Origin: Bacteroidales bacterium
GTDB taxonomy: Bacteria; Bacteroidota; Bacteroidia; Bacteroidales; CAIWKO01
NCBI GenBank assembly: GCA_035389045.1
Contig: DAOORA010000002.1
Span: 14,957-78,956, forward strand
DNA: 64,000 bases
Direction: 5' to 3'
This document shows, one piece after another, positions 44,081 through 53,951 of this stretch. The translations under genes were made by a program, and so were the position numbers. Positions within the stretch are counted from its first letter, which is position 1, and each line of letters begins with the position of its first letter. The notes under the pieces are model-generated. The model saw nothing but the letters and a program-made list of their open reading frames with translations, did no database searches and was not told the DNA's origin.

Positions 44081-45184
44081 ATGACGGAAATACCACCATT
44101 CAACAGTACGCTATATAAGAATAATTACAAGCAGCTTTTTATAAACCTGTTTCGTTTTAACAGTACCAGCCTTGCCAATATTGTTTTTCTGTTGCGGGTA
44201 ATCTGGTATCAGCGGAAGGCAATGAAAACCAGGCAACGGTCAAAACTCAATAATACCGAAGTCCCTCCATTGATTTTTTTCAGCATTACCAAAAACTGCA
44301 ATCTGAACTGCAAGGGCTGTTATCAGAAATCCCAGAACCGGACTGCCGAAAAAGAGATGAGTACTGAAAAAATGCTTTCCATTCTCAGGGAAGGAGAAGC
44401 ATTAGGTTCTTCAATTATTGGCGTACTGGGCGGAGAACCATTTACACGTAAAGATTTCTTTCATATCGCCTCCACCATGAAAAAAATGTTGTTTATCACA
44501 TTTACCAATGGAATGTTGATCGATGACGCTATGATAAAAAAACTCAAAAAAAATAAAAATATTATTCCCATAATCAGCAACGAAGGCCGTGAATGTGAAA
44601 CCGACGGAAGACGTGGTTCGGGTGTTTACAGCCATTTCAAAAATACGGCTCAGAAATTCAAAAAAAATCATATCATTTTCGGGATGTCATTCACGGCTAC
44701 CAAAGACAACTTTCATATCATCACTGATGATGCCTTCCTCAGGGAAATGATCAGCCTGGGCTGCAGCACATTCTTTTACTTTCCTTACAAACCGGTTGAC
44801 GGACGTTCCGAAGAACTAATTCTGGATCACAACCAGCTGAAAGTGCTTGAAGAATACACCTATACGTTTCGTGAAAAATACAAGACACTCTACTTTTCAC
44901 CCCTGGCTGAGAAGCAGTTCAACGGGTGCATCGGCGCCGGCAAGGGTCTGATTCATATCAACTACGACGGCAGCATTGAGCCATGCCCCTTTGCACCTTA
45001 TTCCGATATTAATCTTTATAATGTCACACTGAAAGAAGCTTTAAATTCTGAACTGCTGCGAACTATCAGGGAAAACCATGCCTGGCTGGAGCAGAATAAT
45101 AACGGCGACTGTCCGCTCTGGGAAAACCGGGAATGGCTGGCTTCGCTCACCAGAAAAAAAGAAGAAGTAAGCGGAGTGCTATAA
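44081..45184 (+). CDS. Radical SAM enzyme with a C-terminal Cys-containing auxiliary (SPASM/twitch-like) region
   Basis: The CxxxCxxC cluster motif is ITKNCNLNCKGCY, with a GGEP glycine-rich motif (VLGGEPFT). The C-terminus NGCIGAGKGLIHINYDGSIEPCPF ... GDCPLW resembles an auxiliary cluster domain. An alternative start is Met-48 (44222). Confidence 0.75.
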   Translation: MTEIPPFNSTLYKNNYKQLFINLFRFNSTSLANIVFLLRVIWYQRKAMKTRQRSKLNNTEVPPLIFFSITKNCNLNCKGCYQKSQNRTAEKEMSTEKMLSILREGEALGSSIIGVLGGEPFTRKDFFHIASTMKKMLFITFTNGMLIDDAMIKKLKKNKNIIPIISNEGRECETDGRRGSGVYSHFKNTAQKFKKNHIIFGMSFTATKDNFHIITDDAFLREMISLGCSTFFYFPYKPVDGRSEELILDHNQLKVLEEYTYTFREKYKTLYFSPLAEKQFNGCIGAGKGLIHINYDGSIEPCPFAPYSDINLYNVTLKEALNSELLRTIRENHAWLEQNNNGDCPLWENREWLASLTRKKEEVSGVL

Positions 45185-45197
45185 TCTGCAGACCGTT

Positions 45198-45596
45198 ATG
45201 GATAATGAACAGATGTCACAGGATGGGAAAGTCTACCCGGAAAAAAAATACAAAACGCTTGTTTATACTCCCGGTAAAAACGGAACCTATATTGCCATGA
45301 TCAGTGAGGGCGGAGAGCCTGAAAATATTGCACACAGGCAGGCCCGGGACGCCATCAATGAATCGGCTGAAAATATTAAAAAACGTGTGATTGCGGGGGA
45401 ACTCAGTCCGATAGCATATTACATGGCAAAATATCAGTATAGCCTCAGAAGACTGGCAAACCTGACAGGCCTGACGAAAAAAGATATCAGGAAACATATA
45501 AAGCCGGCAGACTTTGCTAAAATTGACAGTAAAACCCTTGAAATCTATGCACAGGCTTTTAAAACGCCTGCCGAACAAATTCTGAAACCTTTTTGA
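45198..45596 (+). CDS. Hypothetical protein with a possible C-terminal HTH
   Basis: 132-aa ORF. YSLRRLANLTGLTKKDIRKHIKP resembles an XRE-type HTH. It sits in an operon position between the rSAM and methyltransferase-like genes. Confidence 0.3.
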   Translation: MDNEQMSQDGKVYPEKKYKTLVYTPGKNGTYIAMISEGGEPENIAHRQARDAINESAENIKKRVIAGELSPIAYYMAKYQYSLRRLANLTGLTKKDIRKHIKPADFAKIDSKTLEIYAQAFKTPAEQILKPF

Positions 45597-45609
45597 CATT
45601 TCGGTACTC

Positions 45610-46566
45610 ATGATGAGCCAAAGACGAAGAAATAAAATAGAAGAAGTTCTCAGCTACCTTGAAAATCAAATCACACAAGGAAATTCAGACAATGATGGTA
45701 TAGCAGAAAACATCACGTTTTTCAGACATGCGTATTCAAGAATTGATTTTTACAAATGGCTATATACCAAAGCAACGACGATCAGGCAGGAAAACCTTCT
45801 CGAACTGATGGATATAGATCCCAACAGCCCCTATGACAAGGAACTCGTGACATCACTGGCTGCTACTGAAAGGAAAGTCTTTCCCGGATTGGTAAACCCG
45901 CTTGTAAAAGAGATTTTTCATCTGATCTATGATCATGACCAATCAATTATCATGAGCCTTGGCTCAGGAGCTATGGAAGTTGAACGCCGGGTGATCACTA
46001 AACTGATACGTTCTGGTAATAAGAAACCTGTTTTTTTTGTTGGGATTGATAATTCAGACACAAGTCACGGTATTGCCAAAAATAATCTTGCTGAGATCAA
46101 ATCCGGTATCAATATCATAGAAATAAACGAACTTAATGACACATCACTGCAACTCATCATAAACAAGAATAAAAGCCTGTATACCATTATTTTATGTAAA
46201 AATAATATATTCTTATTTGACAAATGTTTTAAAAAATCACAGTTTGATGTGGCTTACAATTGTTTTTTCAAACATCATCTCACGGCAGAACAATCCGAAA
46301 AGGCTGATGACATCCTGAAAAGACATACTAAAATCATGATTGATTATGACGGAGTGAAGAGTAACTTTAATTCCTTCATACAATCTCTTTTTGTTTGGCA
46401 AAATCCTGTATTACTCAACGGGACGGTATTTTCAAACCTGAGGTATTTGAAAAAAAGTGATTTGAAATCAATGAACGATGGGGTTAAAATAAAAACTTAC
46501 TGGATGAAAGGAACTTATCTGAAAGAAACCAGCAACCCCAAGCCTCATGATCCGGGAATAATATGA
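45610..46566 (+). CDS. Putative class I SAM-dependent methyltransferase-like protein
   Basis: 318 aa. IIMSLGSGAMEV (motif I-like GxGxx), FFVGIDNSD (acidic beta-2 end) and FDVAYNCFFKHHL (motif-like fD.v.....l.Hl). The assignment is weak. Confidence 0.4.
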   Translation: MMSQRRRNKIEEVLSYLENQITQGNSDNDGIAENITFFRHAYSRIDFYKWLYTKATTIRQENLLELMDIDPNSPYDKELVTSLAATERKVFPGLVNPLVKEIFHLIYDHDQSIIMSLGSGAMEVERRVITKLIRSGNKKPVFFVGIDNSDTSHGIAKNNLAEIKSGINIIEINELNDTSLQLIINKNKSLYTIILCKNNIFLFDKCFKKSQFDVAYNCFFKHHLTAEQSEKADDILKRHTKIMIDYDGVKSNFNSFIQSLFVWQNPVLLNGTVFSNLRYLKKSDLKSMNDGVKIKTYWMKGTYLKETSNPKPHDPGII

Positions 46567-47555
46567 TAAAGAATTTCACACACATACATGCAGCACATTG
46601 CGAAACCGGAGTTTTGCAAGGACTCTTAAAGCACAACGGTTTCAACATCAGCGAACCAATGATTTTCGGTTGCGGGTCAGGACTGTATTTTGCATATATG
46701 CCTTATATAAAGCGTAATTCTATCCCTTTTATATCATACCGGATCATGCCCGGCTGGCTGACCAACAGGTTCAAAAAACGCTTTGATATCGGTATCGTAA
46801 GGAAAAAATATCGCTCCAAAGCCGAAGCCATGGACGACCTCGATAAACTGCTCATGCAAAATATTCCTGTCGGGCTGTTCACGAATCTCTTTTTTATACC
46901 GTATTTTCCTGAATCATACCGTTTTCATTTCAACAATCACAACCTGATCGTTTACGGTAAAGAAAACGGTTCCTATCTGGTAAGCGACCCCATATTGGAT
47001 GTACCGTCAAGCATTTCCTTCGACGACCTGGCCACGGCAAGATTTGCAGCAGGTATCCGGAATCTCAGGGGGGATTTGTTTTATATCAGCAGCACCTCCA
47101 ACAGCTACGACCTGCAAAAGATCATTCCCGAAGCCATACATACGTCGACAAGAAGTATGCTCACTCCCCTGCCCCTGAACGGATACAGGGGGATACGCTA
47201 TCTTTCGGCAAGGGTAAAGAAATGGCCGGATAAACTGGGTGAAAAAATGTCAAAGCGTTATATGGGAAATATCATCCGGATGCTTGAAGAAGTAGGTACA
47301 GGCGGTTCCGGGTTCCGGTATATGTATGCAGCATTTTTGCAGGAAGCAGCCATGTATTATAAAAAAGACCTTTTATTGGAATCCTCTGACAAAATGACTA
47401 TGGCCGCCGATACCTGGCGCGAATTTGCTTATCATGCAGCCGTTATCTGTAAAACAGAACAACCTCCGCAGGATATGTTCAATGCTGCATCGGACATCCT
47501 TGTGCGATGCTCCGAAACCGAAGAAATGGTTTTCAGAAATTTATCAAAAGTATAA
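46563..47555 (+). CDS. BtrH-N-terminal-like (papain-fold acyl/peptidyl transferase-like) protein
   Basis: 330 aa. The N-terminus IHAAHCETGVLQGLLKHNGFNISEPMIFGCGSGLYFAY matches the BtrH_N pattern with a candidate catalytic Cys. There is a 4-nt ATGA overlap with the upstream gene. Confidence 0.55.
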   Translation: MIKNFTHIHAAHCETGVLQGLLKHNGFNISEPMIFGCGSGLYFAYMPYIKRNSIPFISYRIMPGWLTNRFKKRFDIGIVRKKYRSKAEAMDDLDKLLMQNIPVGLFTNLFFIPYFPESYRFHFNNHNLIVYGKENGSYLVSDPILDVPSSISFDDLATARFAAGIRNLRGDLFYISSTSNSYDLQKIIPEAIHTSTRSMLTPLPLNGYRGIRYLSARVKKWPDKLGEKMSKRYMGNIIRMLEEVGTGGSGFRYMYAAFLQEAAMYYKKDLLLESSDKMTMAADTWREFAYHAAVICKTEQPPQDMFNAASDILVRCSETEEMVFRNLSKV

Positions 47556-47565
47556 TTGTTGCTCA

Positions 47566-48315
47566 ATGGAAAACAGCATTATCATAAAAGTTGAAGACCT
47601 GTCAAAAATTTATAAGGGCAGCAAAAACCCCGCTGTTGATACTATTCGTGTTTCCATCACAAAAAATGAGATTTTCGGTTTGCTGGGCCCTAACGGCGCC
47701 GGAAAAACAACTTTGATCTCCGTTTTGTGCGGACTCTACAAACCCAGCAGCGGGAAGGTATATATCAAGAATTCTGATCTGCACCAGAATCTAAAATCCC
47801 TGAAAAATATCATTGGCATCGTCCCGCAGGACATCGCGCTGTATCCTACGCTGACAGCCAGAGAAAACCTGCTCTTTTTCGGCAAAGTGTACGGTTTGAA
47901 CAGGCATTACCTCGATGAAAAGATCAGCGAATGTTTGACCTTGCTTGAACTTGAACATTCAAAAGATAAAAAGATCAGCACTTTTTCAGGAGGCATGAAA
48001 CGCCGTATCAACATCATCGCCGGTTTGCTTCACGATCCGGAAATTTTGTTTCTTGATGAACCTACCGTTGGAATCGACATACATTCCAAAAAGATCATTA
48101 TTGATTATCTCACTGAAATAAATAAAAAAGGCACAACTATTATTTACACTTCTCATCTTATTGCAGAAGCCGAAGACTTTTGCAGCTATATTGCCATTAT
48201 GAATAAAGGAAGAATAATAGCACGGGGAACTCCTGCTGAATTGATCCAGAGCTTTTACAACTCCAAAGACCTCGAGGATGTTTTCCTTGAGTTAACTGAA
48301 AAATCCAATCAATAA
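47566..48315 (+). CDS. ABC transporter ATP-binding protein
   Basis: Walker A GLLGPNGAGKTT, signature FSGGMKRR, Walker B ILFLDEPTVGID and H-loop TSHL. The start is trimmed to MENSIIIKVEDL (Met-48 of the track ORF). Confidence 0.85.
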   Translation: MENSIIIKVEDLSKIYKGSKNPAVDTIRVSITKNEIFGLLGPNGAGKTTLISVLCGLYKPSSGKVYIKNSDLHQNLKSLKNIIGIVPQDIALYPTLTARENLLFFGKVYGLNRHYLDEKISECLTLLELEHSKDKKISTFSGGMKRRINIIAGLLHDPEILFLDEPTVGIDIHSKKIIIDYLTEINKKGTTIIYTSHLIAEAEDFCSYIAIMNKGRIIARGTPAELIQSFYNSKDLEDVFLELTEKSNQ

Positions 48316-49604
48316 TGAAAGCTTTCCTGGCCTCTATAAAAAAAGAGTTGCTGATACTGCTGAGAGACCGTGCGGGACTTGGGATACTCTTTGTGATGCC
48401 GCTGGCGCTGGTCATCATCATGGCTTTGGTGCAGGACGGGCCATACAGAAATTTCCAGAAATCAGAATTTCCGCTGATATTTGTTGATAATGATAAAGAT
48501 ACCGTTGGCGCCGTCATTGAAAAAAACCTGAAAGATGCCAATATTTTCAGGATCAGTAAAGAACTCAACGGGCTTATGGCAACAGAACAAACAGCGAAGG
48601 AAGCCGTTGCACAGGGGAAATTTAAGGTTGGCGTAGTGGTGCCTGCAGGACTATCCAGATTTTTGCGGAAAAATGCCCGTATCATCGTTGCCAAAACATT
48701 TTCGGGGCGCCCTGTTTCGGAAGACAAACTTTTCGAAAAACCTCCCGATTCGATGAAAATAAAATATTTTCTTGATCCGCTGACCTCCTTTTCATTTAAA
48801 AACACCATCGTTTACATACTCGAAAAATCATCGTCCTCGCTTATCTCACAAACAATTACAAATAAGTATTACGAACATTTTGAAAATTTTTATCCTGTTG
48901 ACAATAAAATTAATTTCGACAGCTGCAGAATCATCGACATACAGGAAATTGATGCTTCGAACGTTTATAATGCCAATGTTGTCTTTAACTCTGTGCAGCA
49001 CAATGTGCCGGCATGGACCATGTTTGCCATATTTTTTATTTTTCTGCCGCTGGCCGGAGGGATCATCCGAGAACGCGATTATGGTACATTTGTAAGATTG
49101 AAGTTCATGCCTTACAGTTTTTCTACCATAATAACCGGAAAAATAATTTTATATACCGTGGTAGGCTGTGTCCAGTTCCTGATGATGATGCTGACAGGCC
49201 AATACCTGCTTCCCGCCCTGGGTCTTCCGTCGCTGATCATCGGTCACAATTATTTTGCTATCTGTATGGTTGTTTTGTCAGCTTCGCTCGCCGCAACAGG
49301 GTTGGGCGTACTCATCGGGACATTCTTCTCAACGCACCAGCAAATGGTGACCTTCGGCTCTATTTCAGTCATAATACTTGCGGCTATCGGAGGGATATTT
49401 GTTCCGATCTATATTATGTCGAAGGCCATGGTCAAAATAAGCAAATACTCGCCGCTCGAATGGGGAATGAATGCGTTTAATGAAATATTCCTGCATAATG
49501 GTAATTTTTCCAATATCTATCCCGATGCATTAAAACTATTAGTATTTTCATTCACTGCTTTTTTACTGTCATTTTTGTATTATAAATTCAAAAGTATCAA
49601 ATAA
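48315..49604 (+). CDS. ABC-2-type transporter permease
   Basis: 429 aa. It has an N-terminal TM segment, a large extracytoplasmic loop and ~5 C-terminal TM segments. The start overlaps the ATPase stop. Confidence 0.75.
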   Translation: MKAFLASIKKELLILLRDRAGLGILFVMPLALVIIMALVQDGPYRNFQKSEFPLIFVDNDKDTVGAVIEKNLKDANIFRISKELNGLMATEQTAKEAVAQGKFKVGVVVPAGLSRFLRKNARIIVAKTFSGRPVSEDKLFEKPPDSMKIKYFLDPLTSFSFKNTIVYILEKSSSSLISQTITNKYYEHFENFYPVDNKINFDSCRIIDIQEIDASNVYNANVVFNSVQHNVPAWTMFAIFFIFLPLAGGIIRERDYGTFVRLKFMPYSFSTIITGKIILYTVVGCVQFLMMMLTGQYLLPALGLPSLIIGHNYFAICMVVLSASLAATGLGVLIGTFFSTHQQMVTFGSISVIILAAIGGIFVPIYIMSKAMVKISKYSPLEWGMNAFNEIFLHNGNFSNIYPDALKLLVFSFTAFLLSFLYYKFKSIK

Positions 49605-49618
49605 TAAACCGGAACCTC

Positions 49619-49888
49619 ATGAGCCAACTTACCGACGAACTGAAAAACAACATCATAAAGGAATTGAAATTAGGTGATGAGTTTAATGATATACAGCCCG
49701 ACACCCCGCTTTTCAACAACACCTTTGTTGTCCTTGATTCCATTGATGCACTCAGAATCATCATGATGTTACAAAAAACTTACGGTATAAAAATACAAGA
49801 CCTCACAGAAGGTCGGAAAATCCTGTTTTCATTAAGTACTATTGCCGGATTTATTCAAGAATATAAAGCCACCCGAACCAATCAATAA
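49619..49888 (+). CDS. Acyl carrier protein-like
   Basis: 89 aa. VVLDSIDALRIIMML contains the DS(L/I) phosphopantetheine-attachment motif at the expected position (~aa 40). Confidence 0.65.
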   Translation: MSQLTDELKNNIIKELKLGDEFNDIQPDTPLFNNTFVVLDSIDALRIIMMLQKTYGIKIQDLTEGRKILFSLSTIAGFIQEYKATRTNQ

Positions 49889-49930
49889 TCTCTATTCTGT
49901 CGAGCGCCAAATACTATTGCTATAGGATGT

Positions 49931-50437
49931 TTACCTGACACACATCTTCCCTATCAGTTCACTGTGTTGTGGAAAGCTTTTCATCAGGGAAGACTTTTCG
50001 GCAAGTTCAAAGTCTTTGAAATCAAAACCGGGGGCTACCGTGCATCCGACTAAGGAAAAAGAACCGGGATGCTTTATTTCGGCTGCAAACCACGATCCAT
50101 GCGGTATAACAAGCTGTAGCTGCTCATGGTCAGGAACATGCCGGCCCAGAATGTTTTCGGTTAATCGGCCTTCTTCGTCAATCATATAAACTGTTATGGA
50201 TGAACCTTCATAAAAATGCCAAATCTCATCCGATTTCAACCTGTGAAAGGCAGAAATCTGGCTGCTTTTTAAAAGAAAATATATTGAGGTGGCGAAACAT
50301 CGTCCTGAATCATACCGAATATGGATCAAATCCGTGCCGATATATTCCAAAGAACGATATATTTCCCTAAAATATCCTCCTTCGGGATGCGGCTGCAATT
50401 GAAGGTTTTCTATCCAGAATTCAGCAGTGCTCATCAT
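49931..50437 (-). CDS. Cupin-fold protein (DUF985-like)
   Basis: 168 aa. LQLQPHPEGGYFREIYRS ... IYFLL ... FHRLKSDEIWHFYEG ... GCTVAPGFDFKDFEL is the characteristic DUF985/cupin pattern. Confidence 0.7.
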   Translation of the reverse strand: MMSTAEFWIENLQLQPHPEGGYFREIYRSLEYIGTDLIHIRYDSGRCFATSIYFLLKSSQISAFHRLKSDEIWHFYEGSSITVYMIDEEGRLTENILGRHVPDHEQLQLVIPHGSWFAAEIKHPGSFSLVGCTVAPGFDFKDFELAEKSSLMKSFPQHSELIGKMCVR

Positions 50438-50448
50438 CAGAAAACAAT

Positions 50449-51198
50449 TTATTCCGTAGTTTTGGTCTTCTTTTTCTTATCTCTATTTTTCTTAAACGTA
50501 AACCTGTCCGGAAGGTATTTTTCATTAAAATAATAAAGCAACCTTATCGTAATAACATTATTATATTGCTTTCGTTCCCATGTTTCGAAAGTCACCGGAT
50601 TGGTATATACACGGGTTCTGACAGGAACCAGAGAATAAGAATACCGTATATTGAATTTCAAATGCTTCCAGATACGGAACCGGAGGTCTGCTATCACTGA
50701 AAAATCATTTTTTGTCTTATAGGTAATGGTGTCAGGTCGATCCCAGGGTTTCTGAATATTCCATTCTTTTTCCTTAAAAGATACCATACGCCCCCACGAA
50801 AATCCCAATCCGAAAGTCCAGGTATTGCGATCCTCATAATGAAACATCAACGGAGCCGTAAGATAATTCCATTTAAGAGAGTAATAAGGAAGTTGCAGCG
50901 AATCAACAGGTGACGGAGGATATTTGCGAAAAGCGCCTTTTTCATCGTATAAGATTTCAAGGCTCATAGAAAAACGATGCCCCAAAGGCAAAATACCACC
51001 AAATCCTACACAGGTGCCAAACTTATTGAATCCATAAACTTCATCACCATCCACCTGCGTCAGGTTAAATCCCGCAATTGCCACACCTTTTATTTCCCTG
51101 TCTACTCCCGGTTTTTCGTCGGTTTTATTTTGTGCCTGTATAAGTGGAGACAGGCCACCATTCAATAGAAAAATGATTATTAAAATTTTAAACCTCAT
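50449..51198 (-). CDS. Outer-membrane beta-barrel protein (porin-family-like) with a Lys-rich C-terminal tail
   Basis: Signal peptide MRFKILIIIFLLNGGLSPLIQAQ. Alternating aromatic/hydrophobic beta-strand patterns are present. The tail is FKKNRDKKKKTKTTE. Confidence 0.5.
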   Translation of the reverse strand: MRFKILIIIFLLNGGLSPLIQAQNKTDEKPGVDREIKGVAIAGFNLTQVDGDEVYGFNKFGTCVGFGGILPLGHRFSMSLEILYDEKGAFRKYPPSPVDSLQLPYYSLKWNYLTAPLMFHYEDRNTWTFGLGFSWGRMVSFKEKEWNIQKPWDRPDTITYKTKNDFSVIADLRFRIWKHLKFNIRYSYSLVPVRTRVYTNPVTFETWERKQYNNVITIRLLYYFNEKYLPDRFTFKKNRDKKKKTKTTE

Positions 51199-51299
51199 AC
51201 CGGTTCGCAGATATTATGCAAAATTAAAGGTTTTTCCGTATTACTTAAAACAATTCTTAAAATAACGCCGGTAACTGGTTCAAAGTATCTGAACCCCAT

Positions 51300-51328
51300 A
51301 AAAAAAGCCGGATGATCCGGCTTTTTAA
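51300..51328. terminator. Bidirectional rho-independent-type terminator downstream of hppA
   Basis: AAAAAAGCCGGA-tga-TCCGGCTTTTT: a 7-bp GC-rich stem flanked by an A-run and a T-run. Confidence 0.55.
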
Positions 51329-51341
51329 TAAAAAATAATTT

Positions 51342-53795
51342 CTAATCTTTCTGCGGTTTTATCCTCATCCTATAAAATGTACGGTATACAAAATATAAAG
51401 CAATTACAAAAAATACGATACCGATAATCGGGGCAATTTCCCGGAAGCTTTCTGAAATGGCAATCTCCATAGCAAGCAATCCAAACAAAGTAGTGAATTT
51501 AATAATTGGGTTCAATGCCACCGAAGAGGTATCTTTAAAAGGGTCTCCCACAGTATCGCCTATCACCGTGGCATCATGAAGCGGTGTTCCTTTTTCTTTC
51601 AGATCAACTTCCACCACTTTCTTGGCGTTATCCCATGCACCGCCGGCATTCGCCATAAATATTGCCTGGAATAATCCAAATACGGCAATGGAAATCAGGT
51701 AACAAACAAAGAAAGACACCGGCGCGGCAAGGTCAAGTTTTTTAACCATATCATCGGTACCATTCAGATCTCCGGGCGCCGAAAAGAAAGCAAAAGCAAG
51801 CGCAAAAGCAAAGATCCCGATAAAGATATTAAACATGCCATTTTGTGCGTACCTGGTACATATCTTTACCACTTCTTTTGATTGGTCAACCGAGGCTATT
51901 TTCGGAGCATTGGGATCGAGATTAATATGTTTTTTGATGTATTCCACAGCCCGGTATGCACCGGTTGTTACTGCCTGCATTGATGCACCGGTAAACCAAT
52001 AAATAACAGCGCCTCCTGCAATAAATCCCAGGATGGAATATGGATTCAGAATATTTAATATCTGCTCGGGAGCAATACCTACAACATTTTTGATAACAAG
52101 GATAAGCGAAAAAATCATTGTGGTTGCCCCTACAACGGCGGTTCCTATTAACACCGGTTTTGCTGTGGCTTTAAAAGTGTTACCGGCTCCGTCATTGGCT
52201 TCGAGATAATGTTTGGCCTTTTCAAAATCAGGTTTAAACCCGAAATTCTTTTCAATATCCTGGTCAATATCTTTCTGTTCTTCAATCAGCGAAAGTTCAT
52301 AAATCGACTGGGCATTATCGGTCACCGGGCCATAGCTGTCCACAGCAATAGTAACGGGACCCATGCCTAACATCCCGAAAGCAACCAGACCGAAAGCAAA
52401 AATAGACGGGTAGATCATCAGGTCAACCAGGCCGAAAGTACTTGCATAGTAAGCTCCGAACATCAATCCGAAAAACACCATTCCCTTCCAGAATGCGCTG
52501 AAATTTCCGGCCACCAGGCCCGACAAAATGGTTAATGATGCCCCGCCTTCACGTGAGGCCTGAACAATTTCATTGACGTGTTTGGACTTCGGACTGGTAA
52601 AAATTTTTGTAAACTCAGGAATCAATGCAGCCCCCAGCGTTCCAAAACTGATAATAGTAGATAAAATCAGCCAGAGGCTTCCATTAGTGGCGCCAATTTC
52701 GCTGTTGGGCCCTATCATAAAATAACTGGCAAAGAAAGTGGCAATAATGGATAAAATGGATGTTATCCAAACCAGGTTGGTAAGTGGTTTTTCAAAATCA
52801 ATATCATCACTTTTACCATAGAGTGTTTGGCTGATACCATGATTTATAAAAAATGACAGTATCGATGTAACTACCATAAGGATGCGCATGACAAAGATCC
52901 AGGTCAGTAATTCCATCTGGAAATTCACATTGGCAACTGCAAGAACAATAAAAGAAACCAAAGCCACGCCGGTGACTCCGTATGTTTCAAATCCGTCGGC
53001 GGTAGGCCCTACGCTGTCACCAGCATTATCTCCTGTGCAATCAGCAATGACGCCGGGGTTCCGTGGATCATCCTCACCGATTTTAAAAACCACTTTCATC
53101 AGATCGGAACCAATATCGGCAATCTTTGTGAATATACCTCCTGCAATACGCAAAGCAGAAGCGCCCAACGACTCCCCTATAGCAAAACCAATGAAACTGG
53201 CGCCTGCAAGATGCCGTGGAACAAATAGCAAAATTATTAACATCATGATTAACTCAACACATACCAGCATAACACCAATACTCATTCCGGCATTAAGTGG
53301 AATATTCAACAATTTTATCGGCTTACGCTCCAGCGAAGCAAAGGCCATCCGGCTGTTGGCAAGTGTATTCATACGGATACCAAACCACGCCACGCCATAA
53401 GACCCTAAAATACCAACCACTGTCCAGGAAATAATAAGCAAAACGCCTCCGGGACTGGTATGCTGTAGAAAGCCGAAATAAAATGAAATACACAGGGCTA
53501 TAAAAACAAAAAGAAGAATTAAAAAACGGCCTTGCTGAATCAGATACGTTTTACAAGTTTCAAATATTACTTTGGAAACATCAAGCATCGACTGATGTGC
53601 CTTTAGGTTTTTGACTTTTACAAACTGATATAACCCAAACAGTAAACCAAGAAAGCATATCAGAAAACCGAAAAGTAAAATATTATTCTGTCCAGATGAC
53701 AAATCAGGTATCTTCAAATCCGCTTCGCTGCCGAAGGTCAACACCGGAATAAGAAAAAATAGTAATGTTAAAAATGCCTGTACTGCTTTTTTCAT
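51342..53795 (-). CDS. hppA: Membrane-bound proton-translocating pyrophosphatase (likely K+-independent type)
   Basis: 817 aa and polytopic. Conserved blocks: ADCTGDNAGDSVGPTADGFETY, DNAGGAWDNAKK and IGDTVGDPFKDTS. GNTFKATAKP carries Lys at the position that distinguishes K+-independent enzymes (GNTTKA). Confidence 0.93.
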   Translation of the reverse strand: MKKAVQAFLTLLFFLIPVLTFGSEADLKIPDLSSGQNNILLFGFLICFLGLLFGLYQFVKVKNLKAHQSMLDVSKVIFETCKTYLIQQGRFLILLFVFIALCISFYFGFLQHTSPGGVLLIISWTVVGILGSYGVAWFGIRMNTLANSRMAFASLERKPIKLLNIPLNAGMSIGVMLVCVELIMMLIILLFVPRHLAGASFIGFAIGESLGASALRIAGGIFTKIADIGSDLMKVVFKIGEDDPRNPGVIADCTGDNAGDSVGPTADGFETYGVTGVALVSFIVLAVANVNFQMELLTWIFVMRILMVVTSILSFFINHGISQTLYGKSDDIDFEKPLTNLVWITSILSIIATFFASYFMIGPNSEIGATNGSLWLILSTIISFGTLGAALIPEFTKIFTSPKSKHVNEIVQASREGGASLTILSGLVAGNFSAFWKGMVFFGLMFGAYYASTFGLVDLMIYPSIFAFGLVAFGMLGMGPVTIAVDSYGPVTDNAQSIYELSLIEEQKDIDQDIEKNFGFKPDFEKAKHYLEANDGAGNTFKATAKPVLIGTAVVGATTMIFSLILVIKNVVGIAPEQILNILNPYSILGFIAGGAVIYWFTGASMQAVTTGAYRAVEYIKKHINLDPNAPKIASVDQSKEVVKICTRYAQNGMFNIFIGIFAFALAFAFFSAPGDLNGTDDMVKKLDLAAPVSFFVCYLISIAVFGLFQAIFMANAGGAWDNAKKVVEVDLKEKGTPLHDATVIGDTVGDPFKDTSSVALNPIIKFTTLFGLLAMEIAISESFREIAPIIGIVFFVIALYFVYRTFYRMRIKPQKD

Positions 53796-53951
53796 TTAAT
53801 TAATATTTTAAGTAAATAAGGTTGCAAAAATACAAAATTCTGTACATCAAACACACTATTTTTGTTAATACTGTTTATTCTTTCAAACTATTTTTATGTT
53901 ATCAGAATAACTATCTTTGCACGTGCCAAATTTTGCTAAAACTGCCCTTTA

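Noticed and set aside
48197-48808. 203-aa minus-strand ORF spanning the ABC ATPase/permease junction (also 49013..49480 plus, and 41584..42075 plus in gcvP)
   Set aside because: These ORFs overlap well-supported CDSs on the other strand or in another frame, and their composition is consistent with shadow ORFs.
52882-53400. 172-aa plus-strand ORF inside hppA
   Set aside because: It is antisense to a highly conserved pyrophosphatase CDS and has no motifs.
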